The notes: generated by a model from the letters alone, not told the origin. A stretch of 64,000 nt of DNA from a bacterium (GCA_963663405.2 CAXXSM010000022.1:64001-128000); one strand, 5' to 3'. Positions 39,156 through 50,016 are shown, numbered from the stretch's first letter. Numbers and translations are program-made.

Positions 39156-40328
39156 TCACACTCCCGATTGCATCTTTTCCATGAACTTTGACATTGAGAT
39201 TACCGTTACATCATCCTTGACCGGAAATTCATCATCACCACCATATACGATGAATTTTTTGGTTGCGCCTATATCCTCGCATGTCTGGCTGTAATGTTTG
39301 TCTAACTTGGGGGCTGACCCATATTTAATTTCCACGGCCCAGACTTCCGATGATGGCATTTTGATCGCGAGATCAATCTCTGCGCCTGCCGCCGTGCGGT
39401 AAAAATAAGTCTCCGCCCGGCGCGGCAGGATAGAGTGGATGTTCTCAACCACAAAACCTTCCCAGCTTTTCCCCAGGATAGGATTTGACAGTAGCGCGTC
39501 GTAGGTATTTATCCCCAATAACCGGTGCTGGATACCGCTGTCACGGATATAATAACGGGGGGATTTTATCAAGCGTTTCTTGACATTGGCATACCACGGC
39601 TCTAACCGTCTGACCAATAGCAAATCCACCAATATATCCATGTAATGATTGATCGCTTTGCGCTGTACTTCCAAATTACTTGCCAGTTTGCTGACATTTA
39701 CGGTTTCACCTTGCAAGTGCGCGAGCATCGTCCATAAACGGCGCAGTCTGTTTGCAGGCACACGAAAGCCCATCTGTGGAACATCCCGCTCAAGATAAGT
39801 ACGGATCAGATCTTCAAGCCAATCCATGGCCATATCATCGTCTGCGGCCAAAAAACCGTCTGGAAAACCGCCCCTCAACCAAAGATTTTGGAGATCATCT
39901 TTATTTTCTCCAATTTCCAACACATTCAAACCACTCAATTCGATGTAGCGGATACGGCCTGCCAAACTCTCTGAAGACTGGCGCATCAAATCCATGGACG
40001 CAGAGCCTAAAAGCAGGAATTGACCTGATTTTTTGCCTTGCCGCCTATTCTTGTCGATCAGCCCACGCAGGACCTTAAACAAGTCAGGAGCGCGATGAAT
40101 TTCATCTAGGATTACCAGTTTATCGTTGTGAGCGCTTAAAAAACTGGTTGGATCGCTGAGTTTCAGCAAATCTTCCGGGGATTCCAGATCGAGATAGATT
40201 GAGTTTTGCTCTTTTGCGATCGTTTTGGCAAGCGTGGTTTTTCCCACCTGACGCGCGCCAAGAAGCGCTACAGCGGGAACCTGTGTAATGCTCTTTTGGA
40301 GTTTATCTATAATCCGTCGCTTTAACAT
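39156..40328 (-). CDS. AAA_14 / DUF4143 ATPase
   Basis: GARQVGKTT, ILDEIH, LLGSAS, RGGFP, YFYRT..GAEIDL, AVEIK. Confidence 0.92.
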   Translation of the reverse strand: MLKRRIIDKLQKSITQVPAVALLGARQVGKTTLAKTIAKEQNSIYLDLESPEDLLKLSDPTSFLSAHNDKLVILDEIHRAPDLFKVLRGLIDKNRRQGKKSGQFLLLGSASMDLMRQSSESLAGRIRYIELSGLNVLEIGENKDDLQNLWLRGGFPDGFLAADDDMAMDWLEDLIRTYLERDVPQMGFRVPANRLRRLWTMLAHLQGETVNVSKLASNLEVQRKAINHYMDILVDLLLVRRLEPWYANVKKRLIKSPRYYIRDSGIQHRLLGINTYDALLSNPILGKSWEGFVVENIHSILPRRAETYFYRTAAGAEIDLAIKMPSSEVWAVEIKYGSAPKLDKHYSQTCEDIGATKKFIVYGGDDEFPVKDDVTVISMSKFMEKMQSGV

Positions 40329-40481
40329 ACCTTGTATTTTGTGCCTAAAAAGCGCAAAATGCAAGGTATAAATTATATTGTAATTGATCGGTCATCTGAA
40401 GTGATAGATTCCTCCCCAAGAAACGGTGTTTGTACCGGATCAGTAAGGGAGAGATTAAGGGGGTTGTCCCATCTATTCGCC

Positions 40482-40570
40482 GGGTGGCCAGGACAAGGTT
40501 TTTTTTCTGCCCTGGTATAATTTCCAGAACGTAGTCAGGGTATAAAAAAACCTTCAGCCTTCAGTCTAAG
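40482..40570. repeat. Second copy of the CCAGGGCA..TGCCCTGG hairpin element plus an inverted heptameric run
   Basis: 40482-40526 resembles 25334-25376; CCTTCAGCCTTCAGTCTAAG at 40551-40570. Confidence 0.65.
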
Positions 40571-40581
40571 CTACCTTCTAC

Positions 40582-41661
40582 CTAAAACACCACCATTGTT
40601 TGTGAATCGGCGGCGTTGCGGAGTTTGAGGACCAGTTCTGTAATGCGGAAGGCGTCTTCGGTGGATAGGATTAATTCTTCTTTGCCTTCGATGGCGGCAA
40701 CCATGTTTTTGAATTGGGAGACGCTTTCGCTGGGCTCCACTTCATGCGTTTTTTTTGTTTCGGTGATCAATGTAACTTTTTCACCGATTACCTCGACAAC
40801 GCCTTTGGTTCCCGCGATCCGGAGGCGGTCATCTCCCCATGTGGAGGCAATGTCTGGACGACAGTAATCCAGGCGGATGGATACTGTCGCGCCGCTTTCG
40901 GCGAGGAGAATCATGTTGGCGGTGTTTTCCATCGCGCCGAGTTCGGGACGTCCAACATTGTTATGAAACGCGGAGCCTTTCACAAAACGCAGGCCGGTTG
41001 TCCAGCGGATGATGTCCAAGGCGTGACAGGCGATGTAGGGGATGGTTCCGGCGAAGGATTCACGGGATTTCACCCAATCGGGGCGGGTTCCTAGCTTATA
41101 TGATTTCTGCGCCGTGGCGAGGGTCACTTCGCCGATCACGCCGCTCTGGACGATTTCACGGACCTTGCGGTAATGGCCGTCGAACCGCATGTTCAACATC
41201 ATCGTCAAGACCACACCCGCTTCGTCAACCGCTTTTTTTACCCGTTCTAAATCCTTCAGGTTGGTGGTTAATGGTTTTTCCGTATAGATATGAAGCCCTT
41301 TTTTGGCGCAGCGGATGAGGGTTTCCGCTGTATCGCCGTGTTGGGTATAGACGGCGGCGATATCGAGGGATTCTTTTTCCAGCATTTCGCGGTAATCAGT
41401 GTAGATTTTGATTCCCTTGGGGAGAGAATTAAATTTATTACGGTTCGCTTTCTGGCTCGGTTCGGGGACCGCGGCGGCTACCAATTTCACGTTGGACATT
41501 TCCGGTAATGGATCAAGGGTGTATTTATAATGGCCCTCCATATCGATCCAGCCAAGGCGAAAACCCTTTTTCTCCGCGCTCTTCGCCATCGCCGGGACCA
41601 ATGTTCCCACGCCAGCCAACGCGCCGCCTATAAAACGCCGCCGGTTGATTTCATCGATCAT
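40582..41661 (-). CDS. Tat-exported Gfo/Idh/MocA oxidoreductase
   Basis: NRRRFIGG leader; HIYTEKPL; HALDIIRW; start moved to ATG 41661 (AAGGAG RBS). Confidence 0.88.
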   Translation of the reverse strand: MIDEINRRRFIGGALAGVGTLVPAMAKSAEKKGFRLGWIDMEGHYKYTLDPLPEMSNVKLVAAAVPEPSQKANRNKFNSLPKGIKIYTDYREMLEKESLDIAAVYTQHGDTAETLIRCAKKGLHIYTEKPLTTNLKDLERVKKAVDEAGVVLTMMLNMRFDGHYRKVREIVQSGVIGEVTLATAQKSYKLGTRPDWVKSRESFAGTIPYIACHALDIIRWTTGLRFVKGSAFHNNVGRPELGAMENTANMILLAESGATVSIRLDYCRPDIASTWGDDRLRIAGTKGVVEVIGEKVTLITETKKTHEVEPSESVSQFKNMVAAIEGKEELILSTEDAFRITELVLKLRNAADSQTMVVF

Positions 41662-41898
41662 TTTCTTTCTCCTTCTTTTACTCATACATTCATTCGAACC
41701 GTTTCCTTCTGTCGACGGTAGATAATCGATCATATCAGGTTTATGGATTTCGTCTACTATCGGAAAGGAATCTCTATTTTATTAAAAGATAGCTCTTTCG
41801 ATACTTTGATATTGATTTCTCACATTAAATATGTTAAAAATAGATCGATTCAGCGCATTTCTGCGTTAGAAAATTCATTGTGCTCCTGGAGGCTTTCG

Positions 41899-43431
41899 AT
41901 GAACGGTCTTCGATTCAAGACTTTCGCGTGGTTTGCTTTTTTGGGATTCATCGTCTTTGGATTGTCAACACCGGCTTTCTCGGCGGTAAAACCCTGGGCT
42001 TCAACGGCTCATGTGGATTTCTTCGTGGAAGATGGCGGTTTTACTCCGCTGGTGGATGGTTTTATCGATGCGGAGGAATGGCGGTTTTCCCCGCAGAGTT
42101 CCGGCGCTTCCGGTTCGTTCTGGTATGTCCGGTGGAATGCGGCGCAGGATGATGAAGGCGTCGTTCAGACCGGTCTTTTCAGTTCCGATTCGGGGGATGA
42201 ACCGTACGATACGAGTGATTGTTCGTTCTATGTCTATACTCTGTATGATGATGAATATTTATACATCGCCGTTTCCGTGACGGATGATATCACTTCATTC
42301 AACGATACGGGGGAAGGAACCGAAGACGGCTCGACGTGGAACGATGATTCTGTGGAGATCTTCATCGACGGTGATTACAGCCAATTCGAGACCAGTCTCA
42401 CCGCCGCTTCCGCTGACGATCAAGCGAGAGAATTCGCCACGGGCGGACAGTTTGTTCTGACGAATAACAATTCGTGGAGAGACAACGAAGCGGGGAATCC
42501 TACATTTGGAGAAGATGGGGATTGGTATGCGCGCGCCGAATGGACCGATGTGGGCTATGATGTTGAATTCAAGATCAAACTCTCCAAGATCGGGAATCCC
42601 ACCAAGGGATCAACCATTGGATTTAACATCGCTGTGAACGACGACGATGATGACGGCGCCACAACCTCACCAGCCCGGTATCAGCTGCGGTGGGCGGGAG
42701 AAGCGCATGTAGAATCAACATATGGAGCCCTCTATTTCGGCCCGCGTGAAGTGACAGCGCCGTTGGTGGATGGGCCGGTCACGATCGATGGTGTGATGGA
42801 TGAAGCGGATTGGGCGAAAGCGGCTGTGGAGCCTGTGACTCCTTATAGTGGAGTGATTATCAACGATCAATTGCCCGTCTCATCGGAAGATCTCTCCTAT
42901 ACCTCATATATTATGCACGACGACACATGGCTTTACGTCGGTTTTATCGTGATGGATGAGGATGTCATCACCGACACGGAACCGGAAGGATCGCATAACG
43001 CCAACACATGGCATGATGATTCAATGGAAGTGTTCATCGATCAGGATCTCGATCATGGGGCCGATACGAGCAACAATCGCTATGGAAGCGCCGATTTGAT
43101 CGAAGGACAGTTTGTTCTCACCGCCGGAAACGCGACTCGTGACGCCAACACAACCAATGTGCCATTGATCGGAGAGACAGATGATGACGATTGGTGGTGC
43201 TGGGCGACTCTGACTGAAAGAGGATGGCAGGGAGAAATGCGTTTTAAGAAGGAAATGATTGTAGGATTTGACCAAATTGGATTTACCATGGCCGTTAATG
43301 ATGACGATCCATCGGATGTGGAGACCGACCATCAACTCCGATGGCAAGGCGCCCCACACGTGGAATCAAGCTATGGTGTGTTGATTCTTGGGGAAGCCCC
43401 CGTCCCTGTATCGGATTGGATGATACATTAA
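41899..43431 (+). CDS. Secreted tandem CBM9/DOMON-like sugar-binding protein with C-terminal V-x-D-W motif
   Basis: Two repeats (YD..YLY.A..V.DD, W.DDS.E.FID, IGF..AVNDDD, QLRW.G..HVES.YG); signal peptide; ends PVPVSDWMIH. Confidence 0.8.
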   Translation: MNGLRFKTFAWFAFLGFIVFGLSTPAFSAVKPWASTAHVDFFVEDGGFTPLVDGFIDAEEWRFSPQSSGASGSFWYVRWNAAQDDEGVVQTGLFSSDSGDEPYDTSDCSFYVYTLYDDEYLYIAVSVTDDITSFNDTGEGTEDGSTWNDDSVEIFIDGDYSQFETSLTAASADDQAREFATGGQFVLTNNNSWRDNEAGNPTFGEDGDWYARAEWTDVGYDVEFKIKLSKIGNPTKGSTIGFNIAVNDDDDDGATTSPARYQLRWAGEAHVESTYGALYFGPREVTAPLVDGPVTIDGVMDEADWAKAAVEPVTPYSGVIINDQLPVSSEDLSYTSYIMHDDTWLYVGFIVMDEDVITDTEPEGSHNANTWHDDSMEVFIDQDLDHGADTSNNRYGSADLIEGQFVLTAGNATRDANTTNVPLIGETDDDDWWCWATLTERGWQGEMRFKKEMIVGFDQIGFTMAVNDDDPSDVETDHQLRWQGAPHVESSYGVLILGEAPVPVSDWMIH

Positions 43432-43565
43432 ATCGGATTGATTCTGTTCCTTTATATAATATTGTAATAACATCTTCTCACCATCCCAGTTCAGACTGGG
43501 ACGGTGCTGTGCTCTATATTGGATTTAACTATATCCAATAGTACGTCAAGAAACATTAACGCGGA

Positions 43566-43844
43566 TCAAGACGAATTCATCGAGTTTCTATATTCCTCTA
43601 TTAATTCATTGGGAATCCCTTTCAATGCGATCATGATGAGCAACGGGACGATAATTAAATCGTCAATGTGTCCAATGATTGGAATCCAATCGGGAATAAG
43701 ATCGATCGGGGAGAGGAGATATCCAACGGCGGCGGCGAGCAGCCATTTCGTCCATACGGGAGTCCGATTGTCTTTAAGGAGGGATTGGTAGAGTTTGATT
43801 TCCTGTTTGATTTGATGGGCTATTAATCGGAGTTTATTGAACAC
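43566..43844 (-). CDS. DUF1232 (YkvA) family protein
   Basis: YLLSPIDLIPDWIPIIGHIDDL. Confidence 0.9.
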   Translation of the reverse strand: MFNKLRLIAHQIKQEIKLYQSLLKDNRTPVWTKWLLAAAVGYLLSPIDLIPDWIPIIGHIDDLIIVPLLIMIALKGIPNELIEEYRNSMNSS

Positions 43845-43888
43845 GGTAATTTCTTTGAACCGGAAAATTTAGTTTTGTATGTTCTCGA

Positions 43889-44503
43889 TTAGAAATTCGG
43901 TGGGAAATTGCCGTTGTACATGATGCCGTCAACTTTGAGGTTTCTTACCACGGATGAATCGCCTCCGTACCAGAAGATATCCCCATTGCTGACTAAGCCG
44001 TTGCTGGTTCTGTAAGTGTTTCCATATCCATTGTTCCGTTGGATGCCGAAAAAGGGCTGGGCGGAATAAAGGCCGTTTTCCGCCAAATCGGGTCCACGAG
44101 AGAATATATTGTAAGCGACGTTTTTCTTGCCCCGGCTGGCGACGCCGGTTTCGTACGACGCTTCCTGCCCTTCCGCTCGTAAGATCACGGAATCTTGGAA
44201 CGGATCGTGTGGAAGAGATGACATATAGGCCACAGGCGCTGTCAGGAAAAAGAGTCCCGCTTCGGATTTCGCGCGGCGGCCTGTAAAAATATCATCCTCG
44301 GATTCGGGGGGATAGCCATTGTTATCCAAATTATACATTTCATGGGCTTGAGCCAACGCTCTGATATCCGATTGAACGCGGGCGATTTTCGCCCGAATCT
44401 GGGCGTTGAGAAAATTCGGCACGGCGATCGCGGCCAGAATGCCAATGATGGCGACGACGATTAATAACTCGATTAGAGTAAATCCATATTGCGAGTGTTT
44501 CAT
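43889..44503 (-). CDS. Type IV pilin / T2SS pseudopilin-like protein
   Basis: G|FTLIELLIVVAIIGILAAIAVPN class III signal; DPF, SRGPD, SNGLVSNGDI. Confidence 0.9.
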   Translation of the reverse strand: MKHSQYGFTLIELLIVVAIIGILAAIAVPNFLNAQIRAKIARVQSDIRALAQAHEMYNLDNNGYPPESEDDIFTGRRAKSEAGLFFLTAPVAYMSSLPHDPFQDSVILRAEGQEASYETGVASRGKKNVAYNIFSRGPDLAENGLYSAQPFFGIQRNNGYGNTYRTSNGLVSNGDIFWYGGDSSVVRNLKVDGIMYNGNFPPNF

Positions 44504-44648
44504 CTTTCAAAATCTCCAGGCGATTGTTTTTTACGGCGTTCCCAAAATTTAATAAGCCGTAGAATATAAATGAAGACGGGGAAGCGCAAAGAATACGATA
44601 CTCTATGGCGCTTCCCCTCGTATATTAAAAAAATTACGTCACATTTAT

Positions 44649-46184
44649 TTATTCAAATATAGACCAATCGCAGACAGCCGTATCAGTTCCTTCCGCTGGA
44701 TTGACGAACGACATAACGACAATATCTCTCGTTCCCAATCCTTTACCAGGAACCGCCCGTGATCCCCAGGTAATGGAAACTCGGTCGTTAGTGATCGCCG
44801 GAATCGCTTCACCGGGATCGCCTGCGGTCGCCTCGCCGGTTGTGGGATCGGTGAATTCGGGCAGCGGGTGAACGACAAAGGCGTCGGTGGCGGGTGTGCC
44901 GTCCGCGTTGAAGATCCGGGCGACGACGCTTTCTGTTCCACTGTCGAGATCCGCGGCTCCATCATGCCATGAAATCACAAACGTGCCATTGGGCGCCATA
45001 GCGCATCGTTCCCGTCCTAAACTTCGGAAATCGGCGTGTTGTGTAACGGCGATGAAGGGAGTGATCGGTTCGCCTTGATCATCCCAGACACGAGCCATAA
45101 TCTGGGTCATATCCGCCATATCCGCAGGATATCCCAAATCGACAGTGGCGTTCACGGTATGGACCGTGACGAACCGGTCTTCTCCACTCGCGTCGAACCA
45201 AGAGGGACGGATTCCAGTGGCTTCATCCGTCGCTGAGAATTCCTTGACGAGATTGCCGTCGTTATCATAAATAACGCCTTTGCTACTACTCGTTCCACTA
45301 ATGGCGCTTTTATCATCATAAAATATACAGACAAAACCGTTGGCTAAACCGCCTAAACGTAGATCTTGCTGTTGACCGGTTAAATCGTCTGTCGCAAAGA
45401 ATTCATCTTTAAATCGTGTTCCATCTCCGTTGAAGATATTAAGTAAGGGAACTCGTGATCCTCCATCTGGATAATCCGGATCGTCTACGTAGCGGTGATC
45501 CCGCGCTACGGTTCCAATGACGAATTTACCATCGCTAAGCCAGCAACAATCCCATTCACGATGGCCCGCGCTGAACTGAGAGATAGAGATTGGTTCGGGG
45601 GTGGTTGGTTCCAACTGATCGTTGAACAGTTTGAAGAATCCGTGTCCCTGCCCATCGTCCTCGTGAATTCCATCCTCGTCAATGACAGTATCAGGGATCA
45701 CGGCGTCCGTCCCAAATAATTGTCCATATTGCCATGTGGCGGCGCCAAGGAATCCACCACCGACGCGATCGGCTTTATTCAGGGTCCAGTTCGTGTTTCC
45801 GCCGGTGTTGGCGCCGACAATAATATCGTCAGCGTTGTCTTCCGTGATCGTTGGGAAGACCAACGCGCCGGACGCGTCGATACCATTCACATGATGGCTT
45901 CCCAGGCGATTGACCCAAAAGACCGTTGTTGATCCATTGTTGAGAATGGAAATTTTTGGTTCGCGATCATCCCCTGTGGTTTGCCCTAGAATCACAGGAC
46001 CTTCCGTTGTTATGGCTTCCAGACCAGCGACATCGAATGTGGGTGTTTCGTCGATAATCGTGATCTCTTCCCCAAGTGGTTGAGCCACACAGGGATGATA
46101 AACCAATAAAGAAAACGCCGACACACACACGAAAAACAATGCAAATCGTAAGACTCTCATCATGCTGCCCCTTTCTTGTTTCAT
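44649..46184 (-). CDS. Secreted acidic protein of unknown function with C-terminal V-x-D-W motif
   Basis: Signal peptide; repeats such as ARIFNADG.P, MAPNGTFVISW; ends TDTAVCDWSIFE. Confidence 0.7.
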   Translation of the reverse strand: MKQERGSMMRVLRFALFFVCVSAFSLLVYHPCVAQPLGEEITIIDETPTFDVAGLEAITTEGPVILGQTTGDDREPKISILNNGSTTVFWVNRLGSHHVNGIDASGALVFPTITEDNADDIIVGANTGGNTNWTLNKADRVGGGFLGAATWQYGQLFGTDAVIPDTVIDEDGIHEDDGQGHGFFKLFNDQLEPTTPEPISISQFSAGHREWDCCWLSDGKFVIGTVARDHRYVDDPDYPDGGSRVPLLNIFNGDGTRFKDEFFATDDLTGQQQDLRLGGLANGFVCIFYDDKSAISGTSSSKGVIYDNDGNLVKEFSATDEATGIRPSWFDASGEDRFVTVHTVNATVDLGYPADMADMTQIMARVWDDQGEPITPFIAVTQHADFRSLGRERCAMAPNGTFVISWHDGAADLDSGTESVVARIFNADGTPATDAFVVHPLPEFTDPTTGEATAGDPGEAIPAITNDRVSITWGSRAVPGKGLGTRDIVVMSFVNPAEGTDTAVCDWSIFE

Positions 46185-46523
46185 ATTCTGTTTTACTAAA
46201 AAGATTCAATAGATTTACAATTTTATATTATGCTATAAAACCGATAGAAGTCAACAAGACTCCATCGAGAATGGACAATCGATCATCAAATTTTTTACTA
46301 AAAGAAAAGCATATATTTATTCAGCGTATATTAATTTTAAATTAATGATGATTAATTTTAGGAATACAGGGCTGGAAGATTCTAACAAACCGATGGTTTT
46401 GAATGCGTTCATTAGCCGAATGATTCTTGTTTTTTGATAGATCGTTCCATTATCTATCTTATTTCCCTTTCATTTCAACTAAAATAAAGTGAATGATATC
46501 TGATTGAAATAAGGGAAAGATGG

Positions 46524-47150
46524 ATGGTCAATCCAAAATGGAAGATCGTCACTCTTGGTTATCGTAATGAAAACGTGGATGGGGAGGAGGGAACTCATCC
46601 GCCGATCCAGGGGTGCACGTCTACGTTGATTGAAGTGGAAAATCGGCGGATTGTTGTGGATCCGGGATTGGATTCTATTCAAGATTACGCAACGACACTC
46701 TTCCACCAAACCGGATATAATCCGGATGAGATCGATACGGTTTTTTTGACACATTTTCATGCGAATCACCGGCGCAGCCTCCATCTCTTCCGAAAATCGG
46801 TCTGGTTGATGTCCCGTTCAGAAATCCGCTGGCGCCAGAAACACGATGAGACAAATGAAGAAGAGCGGGATGTTCTCGCCCGGATCGTTCCGGCTGAGGA
46901 GCACGCGCTGCCCGGCGTGGAACTCGTTCCCACTCCCGGCCATACGCATGGCTCCACCTCGTTGTTGTTTGAAACGCGGGAAGGAATGATCGTCGCCGCA
47001 GGGGACGCGGCGTTGACGTTCGAGCATTTTGAGGATCGCCACGTATCTGAACATGCGGAAGACATTAAAGAGGCGAAACGTTCGATCGACCGGATCGCGA
47101 AGATGGCCGATCTCGTGATTCCCGGCCATGAGAATTATTTTGTCGTTTGA
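46524..47150 (+). CDS. Metallo-beta-lactamase-fold hydrolase
   Basis: VVDPG, THFHANH, TPGHT.GS, AAGDA, IPGHE. Confidence 0.85.
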   Translation: MVNPKWKIVTLGYRNENVDGEEGTHPPIQGCTSTLIEVENRRIVVDPGLDSIQDYATTLFHQTGYNPDEIDTVFLTHFHANHRRSLHLFRKSVWLMSRSEIRWRQKHDETNEEERDVLARIVPAEEHALPGVELVPTPGHTHGSTSLLFETREGMIVAAGDAALTFEHFEDRHVSEHAEDIKEAKRSIDRIAKMADLVIPGHENYFVV

Positions 47151-49588
47151 GAGAGAGCCGCACCAGCGGGTTGAAATCGCGCGACCGTCACACCGGAACC
47201 GCCTTCGTACTCAGAACCGTTTTCATACGATGTCACGACGGGATTATCCTTTAAGAATTGGCGGACGGCGCGCCGCAGTGTTCCCGTGCCGTGTCCATGT
47301 ACGATTATGACGTAGGGGATATTCGAGAGAAACGCGTGATCGATGAATTTCTGCAACAGAGGAGTCATTTCATCCACGGTCATCCCATGAATGTCGAGTT
47401 GATATTCAATACTTTGGGGACGATCGACGTTGATCCCTCCGGTTTTGACTTTGGTATTCTTCTTTTTGGGGGCGAGAACGGCCAGGACGCGTTCGCTTTT
47501 GATCCGCAAATTCATAGAACTGACGCTGACCTCCAATTCGCCTTTGTCAGGCCAGAGTTTCGTGACGGTTCCTGGTTCGGTGAGACCACCGATGCGGACG
47601 CGGACGTTAGGTTTGAGTTGATCCCAGGACCAATCTTCCCGTTCGAAGGTTTCCACGACCGGCTCGTGTTTTCCCTGGGCAAAAACGGTTTTCGCTTGCT
47701 CTAATTCACCCCGCAGACTAGTAAGGACGGTTTCCGCTGGGGCGGATTCGCTGGACCGCTCGACGAGTCGCTCCAGTTTTTCCTTCCATTGTTTTTGGTA
47801 ACCACGTTCTTGTTTATCGAGTTGTTCGAGCCGCCGTTCCAGTTCCCGGATCACGCCCTGGGCTTTTCGTTCGGCCCGTTGGATGACGTCGTTCGCTTCG
47901 TTCCTCGCTTTGCGCATTCGGTTTTCACGTTCGATGCGGAGATTTTTTGCTTTTTCAAATTCCCTTTCGGCTTCTTGGCGCTGGGCGTTGGAGGCGCGCA
48001 ATTCTTCTCCTAGCTGGGTTAAGAGATCTTCAGGGGCGGCGCCACGGTGTTGGAGGTTTTTCTTCGCATCTTGGATAATCGAATCCGGTAATCCCAACCG
48101 GCCGGCGATCTGGATGGCGTTGCTCTGTCCGGGAAGCCCCATTGTGAACGCGAATGTGGGTTGAAGCGATTGTAGATCGAATTCCATCGATCCATTCTCA
48201 ACGCCTTCTGTTTGATGCGCGAAGACTTTCAAATCCTGCAGATGCGTCGTAACAAAGTACATGGCGCCTTTCTCGTGCAGTTGTTTCAAGATCGCGCCGG
48301 CCAGAGCGCCGCCTTCGGCCGGATCGGTGCCCGAGCCCAATTCATCCAGTAAGACAAGACTGCCGGAGCCGGTTTTTTCGATGATGGAACGGATATTGGT
48401 GATGTGGGAAGAGAAAGTGGAAAGACTTTGTTCAAGGCTTTGTTCGTCTCCGATGTCAGCGCCGATCGATCGAAAGACGGGCAATTCGGTCGAATCATCC
48501 GCTGGGATGTGCATTCCACATTGCGCCATCAGCGCTAAAAGCCCAATCGTTTTTAAAACGACTGTTTTTCCACCTGTGTTCGGACCGGTGATGACCAATC
48601 CACGCGTTTCGGGTTCGAATCGAAGGTTTAAGGGGACCACCCGGACCTTACCATGTTGGACCAGCAACAGGGGATGGCGTCCATTGACGATGGAGATTGT
48701 ATTCTCCACCATGACCGGCGCGTTCATCTGGTGTTTGAAACTGAATCGCGCTTTGGCTGCAATCAAATCCAATTGGCGGAAGATTTCCAGATTGTAGAGC
48801 AGTTCATCGTAATATTGACCAATCAGCGCGGTCAATGCGCAGAGGATTTTCCGGATTTCGATTTCCTCTTCGCGATGAAGACTTTTAAGCCGGTTGCCGT
48901 CTTCGACCAATTCGAGGGGTTCGATGAAGACGGTGGTTCCGGTTGTGGAGCGGTCGTGGATGATGCCGCGCAACTTATTTTGATAGCGCGCGTCGATGGG
49001 GAGGACATACCGGCCTTCACGCTGGGTGTAATACGATTCCTGCATATAATCTTTGAGCCTTCCACGCATGAGCCGTTCAAGGCGCCGGACGAGGGCGCCG
49101 CGTTGTAGATGGATCGATTTTCGAACGCGGGATAATTCGTGGGAGGCGCTATCGCGAATCTGTTTCTTTTCGTCAAAGACTTTGTTGATGGCTTTCTCAA
49201 TTTCGGGATGGGGAATCAGGCGGCGTCCATAGATCTGAATGTGGGGCGCGTCATTCTGGATTCCTTCCACCGCTTTGCGGATTCGGACCGTGGCGGCGCA
49301 GGTTTCACCGATGATTAGAATTTCGGAAGGATCAAGCATCGCGCCGGAGAGGAGGCTGCGTCCAAGAGATTCACGGATATCATAGAATCCTTCGAGAGGA
49401 AGAGGGCGGTTTGTTTCCCACAACCGGACCATTTCGGTCACTTCGCGAAGCGCGAAGCGGATCTCTTCCAACGAGAGGGACGGCGCCAGCGATTGGATGG
49501 CCTCCCGGCCCAGCGGGGAAACCGCGAACTGACTCAGAATGTCTTTGAGTTTATGAAATTCCAGTACCCGGAGAGCGTGTTCATCCAT
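47135..49588 (-). CDS. mutS2: Endonuclease MutS2
   Basis: LEF.KL, ITGPNTGGKT, DIGDEQS, LDELGSGTDP, TTH, Smr LDIHG...HGHGTG.LR. Confidence 0.95.
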   Translation of the reverse strand: MDEHALRVLEFHKLKDILSQFAVSPLGREAIQSLAPSLSLEEIRFALREVTEMVRLWETNRPLPLEGFYDIRESLGRSLLSGAMLDPSEILIIGETCAATVRIRKAVEGIQNDAPHIQIYGRRLIPHPEIEKAINKVFDEKKQIRDSASHELSRVRKSIHLQRGALVRRLERLMRGRLKDYMQESYYTQREGRYVLPIDARYQNKLRGIIHDRSTTGTTVFIEPLELVEDGNRLKSLHREEEIEIRKILCALTALIGQYYDELLYNLEIFRQLDLIAAKARFSFKHQMNAPVMVENTISIVNGRHPLLLVQHGKVRVVPLNLRFEPETRGLVITGPNTGGKTVVLKTIGLLALMAQCGMHIPADDSTELPVFRSIGADIGDEQSLEQSLSTFSSHITNIRSIIEKTGSGSLVLLDELGSGTDPAEGGALAGAILKQLHEKGAMYFVTTHLQDLKVFAHQTEGVENGSMEFDLQSLQPTFAFTMGLPGQSNAIQIAGRLGLPDSIIQDAKKNLQHRGAAPEDLLTQLGEELRASNAQRQEAEREFEKAKNLRIERENRMRKARNEANDVIQRAERKAQGVIRELERRLEQLDKQERGYQKQWKEKLERLVERSSESAPAETVLTSLRGELEQAKTVFAQGKHEPVVETFEREDWSWDQLKPNVRVRIGGLTEPGTVTKLWPDKGELEVSVSSMNLRIKSERVLAVLAPKKKNTKVKTGGINVDRPQSIEYQLDIHGMTVDEMTPLLQKFIDHAFLSNIPYVIIVHGHGTGTLRRAVRQFLKDNPVVTSYENGSEYEGGSGVTVARFQPAGAALSQTTK

Positions 49589-49725
49589 TCCGTATAGCTC
49601 GTTATGTAATACGGCGCCGAGAAGGATTTCGTAAGGAGAAATTCAGGCGAGTGATGTCAACAAAATAGAATCAACGCCTAATATTTTAGGCGTTTTATTC
49701 CACTTTCGGCCTTTCTAGGTTCTTC

Positions 49726-50016
49726 TTACATTGTTTCCTGAGGACGCGGTTCACGTATTTCTTTGTTCGTTACCCATTTGATAAAATATCGAATATGGCC
49801 GATCAATCCCACGTGTTTTTTCCAATTTTCGATAAAGATGTCACAGCGTGGACAACCGTTTTTGGTCGGTTTTTCGGCGCGGTTCATCAAGACAAAAAGT
49901 TTTCGTTCACGATGACTGGGCCGTGGCCGCATGGGTGTCATTATTTCTGGACAATGAAAGTCCCCATCTTTGAAGGGGCATATAAAATCAATCTGCCGTA
50001 TTGGTTTATCGCTCAC
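49726..50016 (-). CDS. Small basic Cys-containing hypothetical protein
   Basis: GTG start after AGGGGAG RBS; CPF..FHCP and CPRC. Confidence 0.5.
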   Translation of the reverse strand: MSDKPIRQIDFICPFKDGDFHCPEIMTPMRPRPSHRERKLFVLMNRAEKPTKNGCPRCDIFIENWKKHVGLIGHIRYFIKWVTNKEIREPRPQETM

